64,000 bases of DNA from Methanocaldococcus sp. 16A (GTDB taxonomy: Archaea; AGJL01; Methanococci; Methanococcales; Methanocaldococcaceae): assembly GCA_049860595.1 (NCBI GenBank), contig CP187551.1. The stretch is one strand, 5' to 3'. Numbering within the stretch: the stretch's first letter is position 1; each line of letters starts with the position of its first letter. The notes beneath the pieces were generated by a model. That model was not told the DNA's origin, did not search any database, and saw only the letters and a program-made list of their open reading frames with translations. Below, piece by piece: positions 41,404 to 53,167 of the stretch. A program made the position numbers and the translations under genes.

Positions 41404-42711
41404 CTACAAAAACTCCTTAACTTTCTTAATGAGCATCTTTAATATCTCTCTATCTGGTAAAACTCCATCTGGAGGGTCTATAACCTTCTTTAACTGAATT
41501 GGAACTCCATCCATTCTATAGGCAGTTCCTTCGCATTCTACTCCTGCAATTGCTGGTGGGATAATGATGTTAGCCAACTCTGATGTAGGTGTGTTATGAG
41601 GGTCTATGCAAATTAATGGGATTTCTGCCATTCTTTCAACTGCTTTTTGTGGAAAGTGTGCTCCAGGGTCTGAGGCAATGTTGAGCATAGCATCTGCCTC
41701 TTTTCTAATTAATAAATCTGTTATACTCGTATCTCCTGGATTGAATCTCGGATAGCCTCTTGAAAAATCTACACATAATGGAAAACCAGTAACCCATGTA
41801 CATACTTGATTAAATCCATTTACGTTGTAGTGTCCTCTCATTGGCATTAGTTCAAATTTTGTATAAGCATTTAAATCAATGATTAATTGTATAGCATTAT
41901 CTATATTCCTATGCTTACCTCTTGATTGAGTAACTCCCATACCAAAGAATAAACATCCAAACTGAGCTTTTTTACAAATTTCCATTGCTTCATAGATTAA
42001 ATCTGCTGGAACTCCAGCGACTCTATCTACTTGCAATTCAAATCCTTTTAACACTGCTCTCATTGCACTAACTAATTCATAATCCTTATGCTGTTCAACT
42101 TGCAAGTGTATATCTGCTAATTTTGCAGTATCTGTCTCTCTTGGGTCTACAACAATAACTGTTCTATCTTCTCTTCCTCTTTCTCTGAAAAATCCTCTTG
42201 CAAATACTGAATATCTACTCATATGTCTTGGGTGGGCGTGCATTGGATTGCTACCCCAAAAGATAATTACATCAGCTCTATTTTTAACCTCTCCTAATGT
42301 ACAAACTGGGTATCCTACATCTTGCAATGCCCAAACACTTGGACCGTGGCAAACTTCTGCTGTATTACTAACAACTCCTCTAATCAATTCTGCCAATTCT
42401 ATACCATATACATGTGCATGGCATTCAGTAGCAGAGAATCCATAAATTACAGGTAAATTTGATTCAGCCAATATTCTTGCTGTCTCTTCAATTGCTGTGT
42501 CAATATCAACTTTTTTGAAGTTATCTTTCTTGTTTTCTCTCATTAATGGCTCTCTCCATCTAATTGCCCCTTCAAAATGCATGAACTTAGCATGTCCAAT
42601 TCTACAAGCATTTCTTGTTCCTATAATATGCCCATCATCATCCACTATAACTACAATATCATCACATAATGTTCCACAGAATGGACAGACAACATTTTTT
42701 ATCTCTCTCAT
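41404..42711 (-). CDS. fwdB: Formylmethanofuran dehydrogenase subunit B, cysteine isoform (FwcB type)
   Basis: CPFCGTLCDD, AEVCHGP (Cys ligand, no TGA), HAHPRHMSRY, RGHYNV. Confidence 0.9.
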   Translation of the reverse strand: MREIKNVVCPFCGTLCDDIVVIVDDDGHIIGTRNACRIGHAKFMHFEGAIRWREPLMRENKKDNFKKVDIDTAIEETARILAESNLPVIYGFSATECHAHVYGIELAELIRGVVSNTAEVCHGPSVWALQDVGYPVCTLGEVKNRADVIIFWGSNPMHAHPRHMSRYSVFARGFFRERGREDRTVIVVDPRETDTAKLADIHLQVEQHKDYELVSAMRAVLKGFELQVDRVAGVPADLIYEAMEICKKAQFGCLFFGMGVTQSRGKHRNIDNAIQLIIDLNAYTKFELMPMRGHYNVNGFNQVCTWVTGFPLCVDFSRGYPRFNPGDTSITDLLIRKEADAMLNIASDPGAHFPQKAVERMAEIPLICIDPHNTPTSELANIIIPPAIAGVECEGTAYRMDGVPIQLKKVIDPPDGVLPDREILKMLIKKVKEFL

Positions 42712-42741
42712 CTTTATCACCCTTAAAAAAGATTTAAAAAT

Positions 42742-44706
42742 TTAAGCAGGGTCTTTGAAAGCTCCTTCAATTTGTTTATACAGTTGAATTGTTTTGAAGT
42801 GATTCTGCTCTAAAGCTCCACTTGGACATCCTGCAACGCAAGTTCCACATCCTTTGCATAACGCAGCAATAACCTCACAAACTACTCTGCCATCTTTCTC
42901 AACCAACCTTGGAGCTCCATAAGGGCATTGTTTTACACAAACTCCACAGCCCCCACAGATTTCTTCATTTACTGTTGCAACTATAGGTTCTACTTCAACC
43001 TCCCCCTTAGCTAATGGAATTGCTGCCCTTGCAGCTGCTGCAGAACCTTGTGCAACTGATGCTGGAATATCCTTTGGCCCTTGACAAGCTCCTGCTAAAT
43101 AAACTCCATCTGTTGCTGTATCAACTGGTCTCAATTTTGGGTGTGCCTCCATGAAGAAATTATCCGGAGTTCTTGAAATTCCTAATATTCTTTGGATTTC
43201 ATCTGCTGATTTTGTTGGAACCATTCCTACAGATAAAACAACCAAATCATACTCCTTCTCAATAATTTCTCCTAATAAAGTATCTTCTGCTCTAATAATG
43301 AGATTTTTAGTTTTTGGGTCCTCTAAGATTTGAGCAGGTCTTCCTCTTATGAAGTTAATGCCATATTGCTTTGCACTCCTTTCGTAAAACTCTTCATATC
43401 CTTTGCTAAATGCCCTAATATCCATATAGTAAATATCTATCTCAGTATCTGGAGATTTTTCTTTGATTAATTGAGAGTTTTTCATTGCATACATACAGCA
43501 GACATTGGAGCAGTATTTGTTTCCAACTTTTGCATCTCTTGAACCAACACATTGAATGAATGCAATTCTTTTTGGCTTTTTGCCATCACTTAACCTAATA
43601 ACCTTTCCTCCTGTTGGACCAGAAGCATTAATCATCCTTTCTAATTCAAGAGCTGTTATAACATTATCGTAAATTCCATATCCATACTCTTCCCTAACTG
43701 TTGGGTCAAATACATCATAACCAATAGCACAAATTATTGTACCTACTTCAACCTCAATGTACTCTGGTTTTTGATTAAAGTTTATAGCTTTAGGACCGCA
43801 AACTTTAGCACATAATCCACATTCTATACAGTGCTCTTTGTCAATTGTGTATTTTGATGGAACTGCCTGTGGAAATGGCTTGTAGATAGCTTTTCTCATC
43901 CCTAAGCCCATATCAAATTCATTCGGCACTTCTATTGGGCAAACTTCTGCACACTGTCCACAACCCGTGCATTTTGTCTCATCAATGTATCTTGGCTTTT
44001 TCATAATCGTAACTTTAAAATTCCCTATGTATCCTTGAACATCTACAACCTCTGAGTATGCATAAAGTTTTATGTTAGGATGTTTTGCAACATCAACCAT
44101 CTTTGGAGCTAAGATACAGATAGAGCAATCATTTGTTGGGAAAGTTTTATCTAGTTGAGCCATTCTACCTCCAACAGAAGGAGATTTCTCAACCAATATT
44201 GTTTCAAATCCCATATCTCCCAAATCCAATGCCGCTTGAATTCCTGCTACCCCTCCTCCAATAACCAATGCTCTCTTTGTAACTCCAACTTTAATAAATT
44301 CTAATGGCTCTAACAGCCTTGCTTTTGCAACAGCCATTCTAACTAAATCTTTTGCTTTTTCAGTAGCTTTCTCTTTTTCATGCATATGAACCCATGAACA
44401 ATGTTCCCTTATATTTGCAAACTCAAATAAAAATGGGTTGAGACCAGCTTCAGCAACACATCTTCTAAATGTTGGTTCGTGCAACCTTGGAGAGCAAGCT
44501 GCGACAACAACTCTGTTTAGATTGTATTCTTTAATGTCTCTTTTAATCATCTCTTGCCCAGGATCTGCACACATATACTTATAATCTCTCGCAACAACGA
44601 CATTTTTTAATGTCTTGGCAAATTCAGCAACTTCCTTGCAATCAACTACTCCTCCAATATTTACCCCACAATGGCAAACATAAACACCAATTCTTGGTTC
44701 TTCCAT
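42742..44706 (-). CDS. hdrA: Heterodisulfide reductase subunit A, cysteine isoform
   Basis: [41 protein letters not shown]; no in-frame TGA. Confidence 0.93.
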   Translation of the reverse strand: MEEPRIGVYVCHCGVNIGGVVDCKEVAEFAKTLKNVVVARDYKYMCADPGQEMIKRDIKEYNLNRVVVAACSPRLHEPTFRRCVAEAGLNPFLFEFANIREHCSWVHMHEKEKATEKAKDLVRMAVAKARLLEPLEFIKVGVTKRALVIGGGVAGIQAALDLGDMGFETILVEKSPSVGGRMAQLDKTFPTNDCSICILAPKMVDVAKHPNIKLYAYSEVVDVQGYIGNFKVTIMKKPRYIDETKCTGCGQCAEVCPIEVPNEFDMGLGMRKAIYKPFPQAVPSKYTIDKEHCIECGLCAKVCGPKAINFNQKPEYIEVEVGTIICAIGYDVFDPTVREEYGYGIYDNVITALELERMINASGPTGGKVIRLSDGKKPKRIAFIQCVGSRDAKVGNKYCSNVCCMYAMKNSQLIKEKSPDTEIDIYYMDIRAFSKGYEEFYERSAKQYGINFIRGRPAQILEDPKTKNLIIRAEDTLLGEIIEKEYDLVVLSVGMVPTKSADEIQRILGISRTPDNFFMEAHPKLRPVDTATDGVYLAGACQGPKDIPASVAQGSAAAARAAIPLAKGEVEVEPIVATVNEEICGGCGVCVKQCPYGAPRLVEKDGRVVCEVIAALCKGCGTCVAGCPSGALEQNHFKTIQLYKQIEGAFKDPA

Positions 44707-44727
44707 ATTACCACCTTCAATATGGCA

Positions 44728-44742
44728 ATTAGATTTTCTAAT
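44728..44742. promoter_or_regulatory. Candidate operator ATTAGA-TTT-TCTAAT upstream of hdrA
   Basis: Perfect palindrome between an AT-rich TATA-like tract (~44775-44790) and the hdrA RBS. Confidence 0.6.
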
Positions 44743-44790
44743 AGGTTGAAGAATGAAATTATAATGATGAATCTTAATATATTAAAAAAT

Positions 44791-45963
44791 TTATTTCAAC
44801 TCTAAAACTTTCTTTTTTTCGGCTTCAGCGCAGGAGAGACAGAGGAGGCACATTACGCAATAACCTTTTAGAGGCAATTTGCCTCTTGATAATCTTAAGG
44901 TTTTCATTGGGCAGACTTCGACACATTTTCCGCATTTATCACACAAGTATGGGCTAAATTCAATTCTGTTGTATTCCTTACCATTATGCTCTATCTTACC
45001 CAACTTTAAAGCACCAGTTGGGCAAGCTACAGTACATGCTCCACAGACAATACACATTCTAACTTCTTTTTTCTTATCATCTACAACAATCGCTTCAGTT
45101 GGACAGACAGAAGCACATTTCTTCAATACATCGAAATCCTCTTCTACAATAACTAAACCTTCATCAGTTATCGGATGTGGAGAGGCTAATTTAACATCCA
45201 ATTCTAAAGCATCGACTGGACAGATATTTACACATAGCTTACAAGCAGGACATGATTTTGGTGGAACAACAATCATATTTTCCTCATCGACCTTAATCAT
45301 ATCTCCTGGACAGATTTCAACACACTTTAGACAGTAAATACATTTTTCTGCATCAACATCAAATTTCTTAACTTCTTTTCTCCTCTTCTTAGGTATCTTA
45401 CCTGCTACAAAGATGGCATTCCATGGACACGTTTGGGCACAAATACTGCAGTAAATACACTTGCTTTTATCAATAACTGCCTTGTTATCTTCTAAGGTTA
45501 TTGCATCTACAGGACATTCTGGAACACAGATTCCGCAGCCTACACAAGCGTCTGTAACCGCTATAGGTTCTTTTGGAGCTTTAACTTCTTTTTTAGGTTT
45601 GTCTATAATCCCTGGTAAAGAGATAATTTCAATTGGACAAACTTCTATACATTTTTGACATAAAACGCAATGTCCTTTTGAGTAAGGGAAATCATCATCA
45701 ACCTTCTTAATCCCTACAGGACATACCTCCGCACAGGCTCCACACTTCTCACACTTATGAGCTAAGTAATTAACTCTCTTCACAGTTTTTCCTTCAATCT
45801 CTATCTCTTCCTCTACTAACGCCCCTGTCGGGCATACATTGACACACTGCATGCATAATGTACACACATTAAAACTGTCTATATCTATCGCTTTTGTCGG
45901 ACATTCTGCCTGACATGCATAGCACACTAAACACGCTTCTCTCTGGATTGATACTCCACTCAT
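44791..45963 (-). CDS. vhcB: Polyferredoxin (MvhB/VhcB)
   Basis: Many tandem CxxCxxCxxxCP motifs; follows the hydrogenase large subunit. Confidence 0.85.
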   Translation of the reverse strand: MSGVSIQREACLVCYACQAECPTKAIDIDSFNVCTLCMQCVNVCPTGALVEEEIEIEGKTVKRVNYLAHKCEKCGACAEVCPVGIKKVDDDFPYSKGHCVLCQKCIEVCPIEIISLPGIIDKPKKEVKAPKEPIAVTDACVGCGICVPECPVDAITLEDNKAVIDKSKCIYCSICAQTCPWNAIFVAGKIPKKRRKEVKKFDVDAEKCIYCLKCVEICPGDMIKVDEENMIVVPPKSCPACKLCVNICPVDALELDVKLASPHPITDEGLVIVEEDFDVLKKCASVCPTEAIVVDDKKKEVRMCIVCGACTVACPTGALKLGKIEHNGKEYNRIEFSPYLCDKCGKCVEVCPMKTLRLSRGKLPLKGYCVMCLLCLSCAEAEKKKVLELK

Positions 45964-45964
45964 A

Positions 45965-47383
45965 TTATCCCACTATTTTCTTTAATAATCTACTTCCTTG
46001 GAAGATTTCTAATGATAATTTGCTTTCACCGCCAATTATGTGGGTTGCACATGATAAGCATGGGTCGTAAGCTCTAATTACCATTTCCATATAGTTTAAA
46101 ACTTGGGAAGTAGCATCTTCAGGTCTTCCAATGTATTTTTCAGCAACTTTTCTAACACCAATATCCATAGCAGGGTTGTTTTGAACTGTCGCAACTATTA
46201 GGTTTGCATCAGTTATAATTCCATCTTCATTTGTCTTGAAGTGGTGAATTAAAGTGCCTCTTGGTGCTTCTACACATCCCACACCTTCTCCAACAATATC
46301 CTCTGGTTCTGCTCTAATGTCAGTATCCACAATCTTATCATTCTCTAAAAGCTCTTTTACTTTTTCAGAACTTGATAAAAGCTCTATTAACCTTGCATAG
46401 TGGAAGAGCATTGGATAATGGCATGGCTTTCCAAATTCTTTAATGAATTCTTCATAATACTTTTGTGCTAATGGTGTAGCCATTTTATCTGCAACATTTA
46501 GTCTTGATAAGGTATTTACTCTATATATTCCCTCTTCTGGGCCTTTATCTTTTAAGTATGGGAATTTTAAATAAGAGTAGGGTTTAACTCCCTCAGCTAT
46601 ATAATTTAGATACTCTGATGGATGAAATTCATACTCAACTTTTCCCTCTGCATTTACAACTCTCAATTTTCCATCGTAGAGTTCATGAACTCCATCATTC
46701 ACCATTCCCATATGGTAGGATTCAAAATATCCAATATCTAACAAATCATTTTCTTTTAAGTTTTCAATAAGTTTTTTTCCAATTTCAATGGATTTTTCAG
46801 AAAGTTCAATCGCTCTTTCTGAGAGTTTTAATAGTTCATCCCTCTCTTCTTCTTTTAACGGTTTTGACTGACCTCCAACAACTGCTGTAACTGGGTGGAT
46901 TGCCCTACCTCCAACAACTTTAACAATTGTCTGCCCTATTTTTCTCAACTCTATTGCATCTTTAACAATTTCCTTATTTTCCTTAGAAATTGTCAAGATG
47001 TTTCTTTTTAAAATATCATCTGTTGTTGGGAACATTAAATCAGGAGAAGCTAAGAAATAAAAGTGTAGAGCATGACTGTGGATTGTTGCCCCTTGATGCA
47101 TTAAATTTCTTAAAAGTTCAGCAGTTTCAGGAATTTTTACACCAAAAACTTCATCAACAGCCTTAGCACTTGCTAAATGGTGAGCTACTTGGCAAATTCC
47201 ACATATTCTTGGAGTGTAGATTGGTGCATCCTCTATATATCTCCCTTCCAAAAATTTTTCAAATCCCCTTACTTCAACAACATGAAAATGAACTTTATCT
47301 AAATTCCCATTCTCATCAAAGGATATTGTTATTTTTCCATGCCCTTCGACTCTTGTTACTGGTTCAACTGACAATTTTACCAT
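45965..47383 (-). CDS. vhcA: F420-non-reducing [NiFe] hydrogenase large subunit, unsplit Cys type
   Basis: RVEGHG, RICGIC and C-terminal DPCLSCATH in one chain (no separate Sec-containing VhuU). Confidence 0.9.
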   Translation of the reverse strand: MVKLSVEPVTRVEGHGKITISFDENGNLDKVHFHVVEVRGFEKFLEGRYIEDAPIYTPRICGICQVAHHLASAKAVDEVFGVKIPETAELLRNLMHQGATIHSHALHFYFLASPDLMFPTTDDILKRNILTISKENKEIVKDAIELRKIGQTIVKVVGGRAIHPVTAVVGGQSKPLKEEERDELLKLSERAIELSEKSIEIGKKLIENLKENDLLDIGYFESYHMGMVNDGVHELYDGKLRVVNAEGKVEYEFHPSEYLNYIAEGVKPYSYLKFPYLKDKGPEEGIYRVNTLSRLNVADKMATPLAQKYYEEFIKEFGKPCHYPMLFHYARLIELLSSSEKVKELLENDKIVDTDIRAEPEDIVGEGVGCVEAPRGTLIHHFKTNEDGIITDANLIVATVQNNPAMDIGVRKVAEKYIGRPEDATSQVLNYMEMVIRAYDPCLSCATHIIGGESKLSLEIFQGSRLLKKIVG

Positions 47384-47396
47384 CTTACCACCTAAA

Positions 47397-48302
47397 TTAT
47401 CTTAATTTTCCAGGAATTAAAGCACTTGGAAGAGTAAATTTGTAAAAACTACCAATTTTATCTTTTATTGATTTTGGCAATGTAGTTGGGTCTGTTTCTC
47501 TATCTTTATCAATTCCAAAGTCTGAGCATAAGGCGGAAATCATCTTAGCCCCTTGGTCAATAACAGCATCTGTTTTACCATAACAACCGCTACATGGAAC
47601 TCCAACTTTTGGGCATATAGCTCCACAACCAGCTCTTGTTGCAACACCTAAACAAAGATAACCCTGTTCTAAAAGACATATCTCTGGGTCTACTTTCCCT
47701 TCATATTTTCTTTTTATTGTTTCAATTACAACACCATCACTACTTTTTTTCCTTGGACACTCATCACATAAGTTTTTCTTTGGCAATTCTGGTTTTTTAC
47801 CTTCTAATAATGCTTTAAATACCTTGGCTATAATTTCTGGATTTGGTGGGCATCCAGGGATGAAATAATCAACATCTATAACTTCAGAGAGCGGTTTAAC
47901 TCTTGAAGTTAATTGAGGAACTTCTTCACTTGGGATAATGCCTTCATCATTCTTTGTTGATAGAGTTGTTTTATACACCTTCTCCAAGATTTCGTCTTTT
48001 GAATATAGGTTTCCTAAACCAGGAACTCCCCCATAAACAGCACAAGTTCCAAAAGCAATAACTATTTTTGCCTTTTCTCTCATTTCTTTTGCAATTTCTA
48101 AGTTCTCTTCATTTCTTATTCCACCTTCAATTAATGCGATATCAATCTCATCCGGAATTTCCTTAACATCCATTAACACTGGGCAATGAATGAGCTCAAC
48201 ATTCTCTAACAAGTTTAAAAGCTCTTCATGTAAATCTAACAAGCTTATATGGCATCCAGAGCAACAGCAAAGCCAAGTAGTTGCTATTTTCACTACAATC
48301 AC
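47397..48302 (-). CDS. vhcG: F420-non-reducing hydrogenase small subunit
   Basis: [32 protein letters not shown]. Confidence 0.9.
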   Translation of the reverse strand: MIVVKIATTWLCCCSGCHISLLDLHEELLNLLENVELIHCPVLMDVKEIPDEIDIALIEGGIRNEENLEIAKEMREKAKIVIAFGTCAVYGGVPGLGNLYSKDEILEKVYKTTLSTKNDEGIIPSEEVPQLTSRVKPLSEVIDVDYFIPGCPPNPEIIAKVFKALLEGKKPELPKKNLCDECPRKKSSDGVVIETIKRKYEGKVDPEICLLEQGYLCLGVATRAGCGAICPKVGVPCSGCYGKTDAVIDQGAKMISALCSDFGIDKDRETDPTTLPKSIKDKIGSFYKFTLPSALIPGKLR

Positions 48303-48722
48303 CTATTCTTTTAATTTTTCATTTAATTTTAATGGACCGAGAGATTTTATTGTATTGTAGAATTCAATCATTGTTTGCTGGAATTTTTCTCCCTCTGATG
48401 CTGAAATCCATTCAAATCTAAATCTCTCTGGCTCAATTCCAAACTCTGGAAGTAATTCTTTTAAGAAAATAGATCTTCTTTGCCATTTGTAGTTTCCAGC
48501 ATCATAGTGGCAATCTCCTAAGTGGCAACCTCCAACAAAAACACCATCTGCCCCCTCTTTAAAAGCCTTTAAAACAAGAGATGGCTCAATTCTTCCAGAG
48601 CACATCACTCTAATTATCCTTATACTTGGAGGATACTGCATTCTACCAACTCCAGCAGTATCTGCCCCTCCATATGTGCACCAGTTACAACAAAAGCCTA
48701 TAATTTTTGGCTCCCACTCCAT
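48303..48722 (-). CDS. vhcD: MvhD-type [2Fe-2S] subunit, cysteine isoform
   Basis: [29 protein letters not shown]; ATG at 48722 with GGTGAGAGG RBS. Confidence 0.9.
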   Translation of the reverse strand: MEWEPKIIGFCCNWCTYGGADTAGVGRMQYPPSIRIIRVMCSGRIEPSLVLKAFKEGADGVFVGGCHLGDCHYDAGNYKWQRRSIFLKELLPEFGIEPERFRFEWISASEGEKFQQTMIEFYNTIKSLGPLKLNEKLKE

Positions 48723-49044
48723 CCTCTCACCTATTAGAAAAATTAATATGTATATTACTTTTTTCAATATTTGCTTAAAACATAACCAATATTTAAAAAA
48801 TACTATTGAAATCAAATAGAAAATTTTATATATGATATTATACTATTTAATATTGTTAATTTACATATATAAATTTTATACCATCACATTTTCTAATAAT
48901 TACTAAGACATCAAGAAAATTGAAGGTAAAATTTTTAATATTGGCAATATAGTTTTTTAGTAAAAATTTTCAAAAATTTGGACAAAATATATACAATATA
49001 TTAGAAAATCTAATGACTAAATAGATATTAGATTTGGTGATATA
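48723..49044. promoter_or_regulatory. Divergent promoter region with repeated ATTAGA-N3-TCTAAT boxes
   Basis: Copies at 48733-48747, 48883-48897, 49000-49014 (perfect) and 49027-49041; TGACTAA at 49014-49020. Confidence 0.6.
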
Positions 49045-50163
49045 ATGCAACTAAAGGCAATAGAAAAATTAATGCAAAAATTTTCTAATAGAAAAGAACA
49101 ACTCTATAAGCAAAAAGAAGAAGGGAGAAAAGTTTTTGGAATGTTCTGTGCTTATGTTCCAATAGAAATAATTTTAGCAGCAAATGCAATTCCTGTTGGT
49201 TTATGTGGAGGTAAAAATGACACAATCCCAATAGCAGAGGAGGATTTACCAAGAAATCTCTGCCCATTAATAAAATCATCCTATGGATTTAAGAAGGCAA
49301 AATCATGTCCTTACTTTGAAGCATCAGATATTGTTATTGGTGAAACTACTTGTGAAGGGAAGAAAAAGATGTTTGAATTAATGGAAAGGCTCGTTCCTAT
49401 GCATATAATGCATCTTCCACATATGAAAGATGAAGAATCTTTAAAAATCTGGATTAATGAAGTTGAAAAGTTAAAAGAGTTGGTTGAAAAAGAAACAGGG
49501 AATGAAATAACTGAAGAGAAATTAAAAGAAGCTATAGATAAAGTAAATAAACTTAGAGAGTTATTCTATAAGCTTTATGAATTAAGAAAAAATAAACCAG
49601 TCCCAATTAAAGGATTAGATGTTTTAAAAATATTCCAATTTGCTTACTTATTAGATATTGATGACACAATAGAAGTTTTAGAAGATTTAATTAAAGAGTT
49701 AGAAGAGAGAGCTAAGAAAGGAGAAGGTTTTGAAGGAAAGAGAATCCTAATAACTGGCTGTCCTATGGTTGCTGGAAACACTAAAATTGTTGAACTCATT
49801 GAAGAAGTTGGTGGAGTTGTGGTTGGTGAAGAAAGCTGTACTGGAACAAGATTCTTTGAAAACTTTGTTGAAGGTTATAGTATAAAAGATATAGCAAAAA
49901 GATACTTCAAAATACCTTGTGCTTGTAGATATAAGAATAATGAGAGAATAGAGAATATAAAAAGATTGGCTAAAGAGTTGGATGTTGATGGGGTTGTTTA
50001 TTACACATTACAGTGCTGTCACACATTCAATATTGAAGGAACTAAAGTAGAAGAGGCATTAAAAGAGGAAGGCATTCCAATTATTAGAATTGAAACTGAT
50101 TACTCTGAAAGTGATAGAGAGCAGTTAAAAACCAGGTTGGAGGCATTTATTGAGATGATTTAA
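49045..50163 (+). CDS. Double-cubane cluster protein (2-hydroxyacyl-CoA dehydratase fold)
   Basis: [50 protein letters not shown]. Confidence 0.8.
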   Translation: MQLKAIEKLMQKFSNRKEQLYKQKEEGRKVFGMFCAYVPIEIILAANAIPVGLCGGKNDTIPIAEEDLPRNLCPLIKSSYGFKKAKSCPYFEASDIVIGETTCEGKKKMFELMERLVPMHIMHLPHMKDEESLKIWINEVEKLKELVEKETGNEITEEKLKEAIDKVNKLRELFYKLYELRKNKPVPIKGLDVLKIFQFAYLLDIDDTIEVLEDLIKELEERAKKGEGFEGKRILITGCPMVAGNTKIVELIEEVGGVVVGEESCTGTRFFENFVEGYSIKDIAKRYFKIPCACRYKNNERIENIKRLAKELDVDGVVYYTLQCCHTFNIEGTKVEEALKEEGIPIIRIETDYSESDREQLKTRLEAFIEMI

Positions 50164-50225
50164 AATAAAAATCCTTTAATTTTCTATTTTTAATTTCCAA
50201 CTGGCAAGTTTCTATATCATAAGAT

Positions 50226-50240
50226 ATTAGATTTCTTAAT
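50226..50240. promoter_or_regulatory. Candidate operator ATTAGA-TTT-CTTAAT
   Basis: Inside the extended palindrome GATATTA...TAATATC (50223-50243), just upstream of a TATA-like TTTATATA. Confidence 0.5.
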
Positions 50241-50288
50241 ATCCAATTTTATATATCTTAATTACATTAATACATTTTTTGTGAGAAC

Positions 50289-50936
50289 ATGATAGGAATT
50301 TGCATGCGCTCCGAGAAAGAATATACTTTTAATAATAAATTGGTGGATTGGGGTTTACATTATAATCCAAAAATAGTTAAAAAAAATAATATTATAGGCT
50401 ATCATGCACCAATTTTAAATTTGGATGAAAAAGAGAGTGTTTTTATTTTAAAAAATATAATTGAAAATATTAAAGGAAGAGATTATTTAACAATCCACCT
50501 ACATAATGGAAAAAATAAAGATATTGATAAAGAACTTTTAATTGAAAATCTATCAATAGTTAATGAATTTGCACAAAAAAATAATGTAAAATTATGCATA
50601 GAAAATTTAAGAGAAGGTTTTTCATCTAATCCAAACAATATAACTGAGATAGCAGATGAAATTAACTGCTTTATAACATTTGATATTGGACATATCCCAT
50701 ACAACAAACGATTAGAATTTTTAGACATTTGCTCTGATAGAATTTACAACTCCCACGTTTATGAGATTGAAATGAATGGAAAACATCTACCTCCTAAAAA
50801 TCTTAACAATTTAAAACCAATATTAGATGCTCTCTTAGACGTTAAATGTAAAATGTTTTTAATTGAATTAATGGATATTAATGAGATTTTAAGTACTGAA
50901 AAGATGATAAAAGAATACTTAGAAACTTATAAATAA
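50289..50936 (+). CDS. Xylose isomerase-like / AP endonuclease 2 TIM-barrel protein
   Basis: HAP, TIH, CIENL, TFDIGH, HVYE, HLPP. Confidence 0.75.
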   Translation: MIGICMRSEKEYTFNNKLVDWGLHYNPKIVKKNNIIGYHAPILNLDEKESVFILKNIIENIKGRDYLTIHLHNGKNKDIDKELLIENLSIVNEFAQKNNVKLCIENLREGFSSNPNNITEIADEINCFITFDIGHIPYNKRLEFLDICSDRIYNSHVYEIEMNGKHLPPKNLNNLKPILDALLDVKCKMFLIELMDINEILSTEKMIKEYLETYK

Positions 50937-50968
50937 ATTCAAAAGCTAAGGATAAAGGTGGATAAGTT

Positions 50969-51799
50969 ATGTTATTTCATCAAAACCTCCAAAATTTTAT
51001 TGATTTTAAGAAATCTTTTAAAGAGCTAACGCTATCTGATGAAACATTTAAAATAATTGAAGAAAATGGTATAAAGTTAAAAGATATTGCCATAGGAGAA
51101 TTTTCAGGTAGAGATAGTGTAGCAGCAATAATTAAAGCTATGGATGAAGGTATCGATTTCGTTTTGCCAGTTGTTGCATTTACTGGAACTGATTATGGAA
51201 ATATAAACATTTTTTACAAAAACTGGGAAATTACAAATAAAAGAGTTAAAGAAATTGATAGAGATAAAGTTTTATTGCCATTACATTTTATGTTCGAACC
51301 AAAACTTTGGAATGCATTAAATGGAAGATGGGCAGTTTTACTTTCAAAAAAATATAACTATTACAGCCCATGTATTGGATGCCATGCATATTTGAGGATA
51401 TTGAGAATCCCTTTGACTAAGCATTTAGGAAATAAAATAATCAGTGGGGAGAGGGTTTATCATAACGGAGATTTTAAAATCGACCAAATAGAAGAAGTTT
51501 TAGATGTTTATAGTAAAATTTGTAGAGAATTTGATGTTGAGCTAATTTTGCCTATAAGATACATAAAAGAGGGAAAGAAAATCAAAGAAATTATAGGAGA
51601 TGAATGGGAACAAGGACAAAATCAATTTTCATGTGTTTTTAGTGGAAATTATAGAGATAAAGACGGAAAAGTAATTTTTGAGAAAGATAGCATTTTAAAG
51701 TTATTAAATGAGTTTATATATCCTGCATCAATTGAGATTTTAAAAGAAGGATACAGAGGGAATTTTAATTATCAGAATATTGTAAAAAAGTTCCTTTAG
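50969..51799 (+). CDS. PP-loop (adenine nucleotide alpha-hydrolase-like) protein with CxxCH
   Basis: FSGRDS loop, PCIGCHAY, ISGER. Confidence 0.65.
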   Translation: MLFHQNLQNFIDFKKSFKELTLSDETFKIIEENGIKLKDIAIGEFSGRDSVAAIIKAMDEGIDFVLPVVAFTGTDYGNINIFYKNWEITNKRVKEIDRDKVLLPLHFMFEPKLWNALNGRWAVLLSKKYNYYSPCIGCHAYLRILRIPLTKHLGNKIISGERVYHNGDFKIDQIEEVLDVYSKICREFDVELILPIRYIKEGKKIKEIIGDEWEQGQNQFSCVFSGNYRDKDGKVIFEKDSILKLLNEFIYPASIEILKEGYRGNFNYQNIVKKFL

Positions 51800-51806
51800 T
51801 GAGAAA

Positions 51807-53093
51807 ATGAGGGCTATTTTAATATTATTAGATGGTTTAGGAGACAGGGGTTGTGAGATTTTAGATAACAAAACACCATTACAATTTGCAAAAACACCAA
51901 ACTTAGATAAATTGGCTGAAAATGGCATGTGCGGTTTAATGACAACATATAAAGAAGGAATTCCCTTAGGAACTGAAGTTGCCCATTTTTTACTTTGGGG
52001 TTATTCCTTAGAAGAATTTCCGGGAAGAGGAGTTATTGAGGCATTAGGAGAGGATATAGAAATAGAGGAAAATGCCATATATTTGAGGGCTTCTTTAGGA
52101 TTCGTAAAAAAGGATGAGAAAGGATTTTTAGTTGTAGATAGAAGAGCTAAAGATATCAGCAGAGAAGAAATTGAGAATTTAATAAATTCTTTACCTACAT
52201 GCATAGATGGATATAAGTTTGAGCTATTCTATTCTTTTGATGTCCATTTTATATTAAAAATTAAAGAAAAAAATGGATGGATTTCAGATAAAATCTCTGA
52301 TTCTGACCCATTCTATAAAAATAGATATGTTATGAAAGTTCAACCAATAAAAGAGTTATGCAAAAGTAGTGTAGAATATAACAAAGCAAAAGACACTGCA
52401 AGGGCTTTAAACAAATATCTTTTAAATGTTTATAAAACCCTACAAAATCATAAAATAAATAGAAAAAGAAGAAAAATGGAAAAAATGCCTGCTAATTTTT
52501 TATTAACAAAATGGGCATCAAGATATAAAAAGGTAGAGAGTTTTAAAGAAAGATGGGGTATGAATGCTGTAGTTTTAGGTAGTAGTTCATTATTTAAAGG
52601 ATTAGCAAAATTCTTAGGAATGGATTTTATAAAGATTGAAAGTTTTGAGGAAGGAATAAATTTAATTCCTGAGCTAAATTATGATTTCATTCACTTGCAT
52701 ACAAAAGAAACTGATGAGGCTGCCCACACAAAAAATCCCTTAAATAAAGTAAAAGTTATTGAAAAGATTGATAAACTTATAGGCAATTTAAAATTAAATG
52801 ATGATGATTTACTTATAATAACTGCAGACCACTCAACACCTTCTGTTGGAGATTTAATTCATTCTGGTGAAAGTGTTCCAATAATATTTTATGGAAAAAA
52901 CGTTAGAATCGATAATGTTAAAGAATTTAATGAAATAGCCTGCTCAAATGGACATTTAAGAATAAAAGGTGAAGAATTAATGCCTCTAATTTTAAACTAT
53001 ACAAATAGGGCACTATTATATGGTTTAAGAGCTGGAAATAGGTTAAGATACTATATTCCAAAGGATGATGACATAGAACTTTTGCAGGACTAA
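51807..53093 (+). CDS. Second ApgM-like phosphomutase (MJ0010 type)
   Basis: LLDGLGDR, LGTEVAH (Thr at the nucleophile position), DEAAH, TADHSTP. Confidence 0.85.
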   Translation: MRAILILLDGLGDRGCEILDNKTPLQFAKTPNLDKLAENGMCGLMTTYKEGIPLGTEVAHFLLWGYSLEEFPGRGVIEALGEDIEIEENAIYLRASLGFVKKDEKGFLVVDRRAKDISREEIENLINSLPTCIDGYKFELFYSFDVHFILKIKEKNGWISDKISDSDPFYKNRYVMKVQPIKELCKSSVEYNKAKDTARALNKYLLNVYKTLQNHKINRKRRKMEKMPANFLLTKWASRYKKVESFKERWGMNAVVLGSSSLFKGLAKFLGMDFIKIESFEEGINLIPELNYDFIHLHTKETDEAAHTKNPLNKVKVIEKIDKLIGNLKLNDDDLLIITADHSTPSVGDLIHSGESVPIIFYGKNVRIDNVKEFNEIACSNGHLRIKGEELMPLILNYTNRALLYGLRAGNRLRYYIPKDDDIELLQD

Positions 53094-53143
53094 GTTTTTT
53101 GAATGGTATCCAATTTCTAAAATATTTAATTATAAAAGTCATA
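53074..53143 (-). mobile_element. Degenerate MITE copy 6 overlapping a gene end
   Basis: TAGAACTTTTGCAGGA is identical to the left end of copy 4; degenerate AAAAGTCATA other end. Confidence 0.45.
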
Positions 53144-53167
53144 TGATTGAGCTGTTGGAGGGATAAT

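Noticed and set aside
38626-48722. Selenoproteins via TGA read-through
   Set aside because: All relevant ORFs are full length with Cys codons, and no SECIS-like hairpin was seen in the 3' regions.
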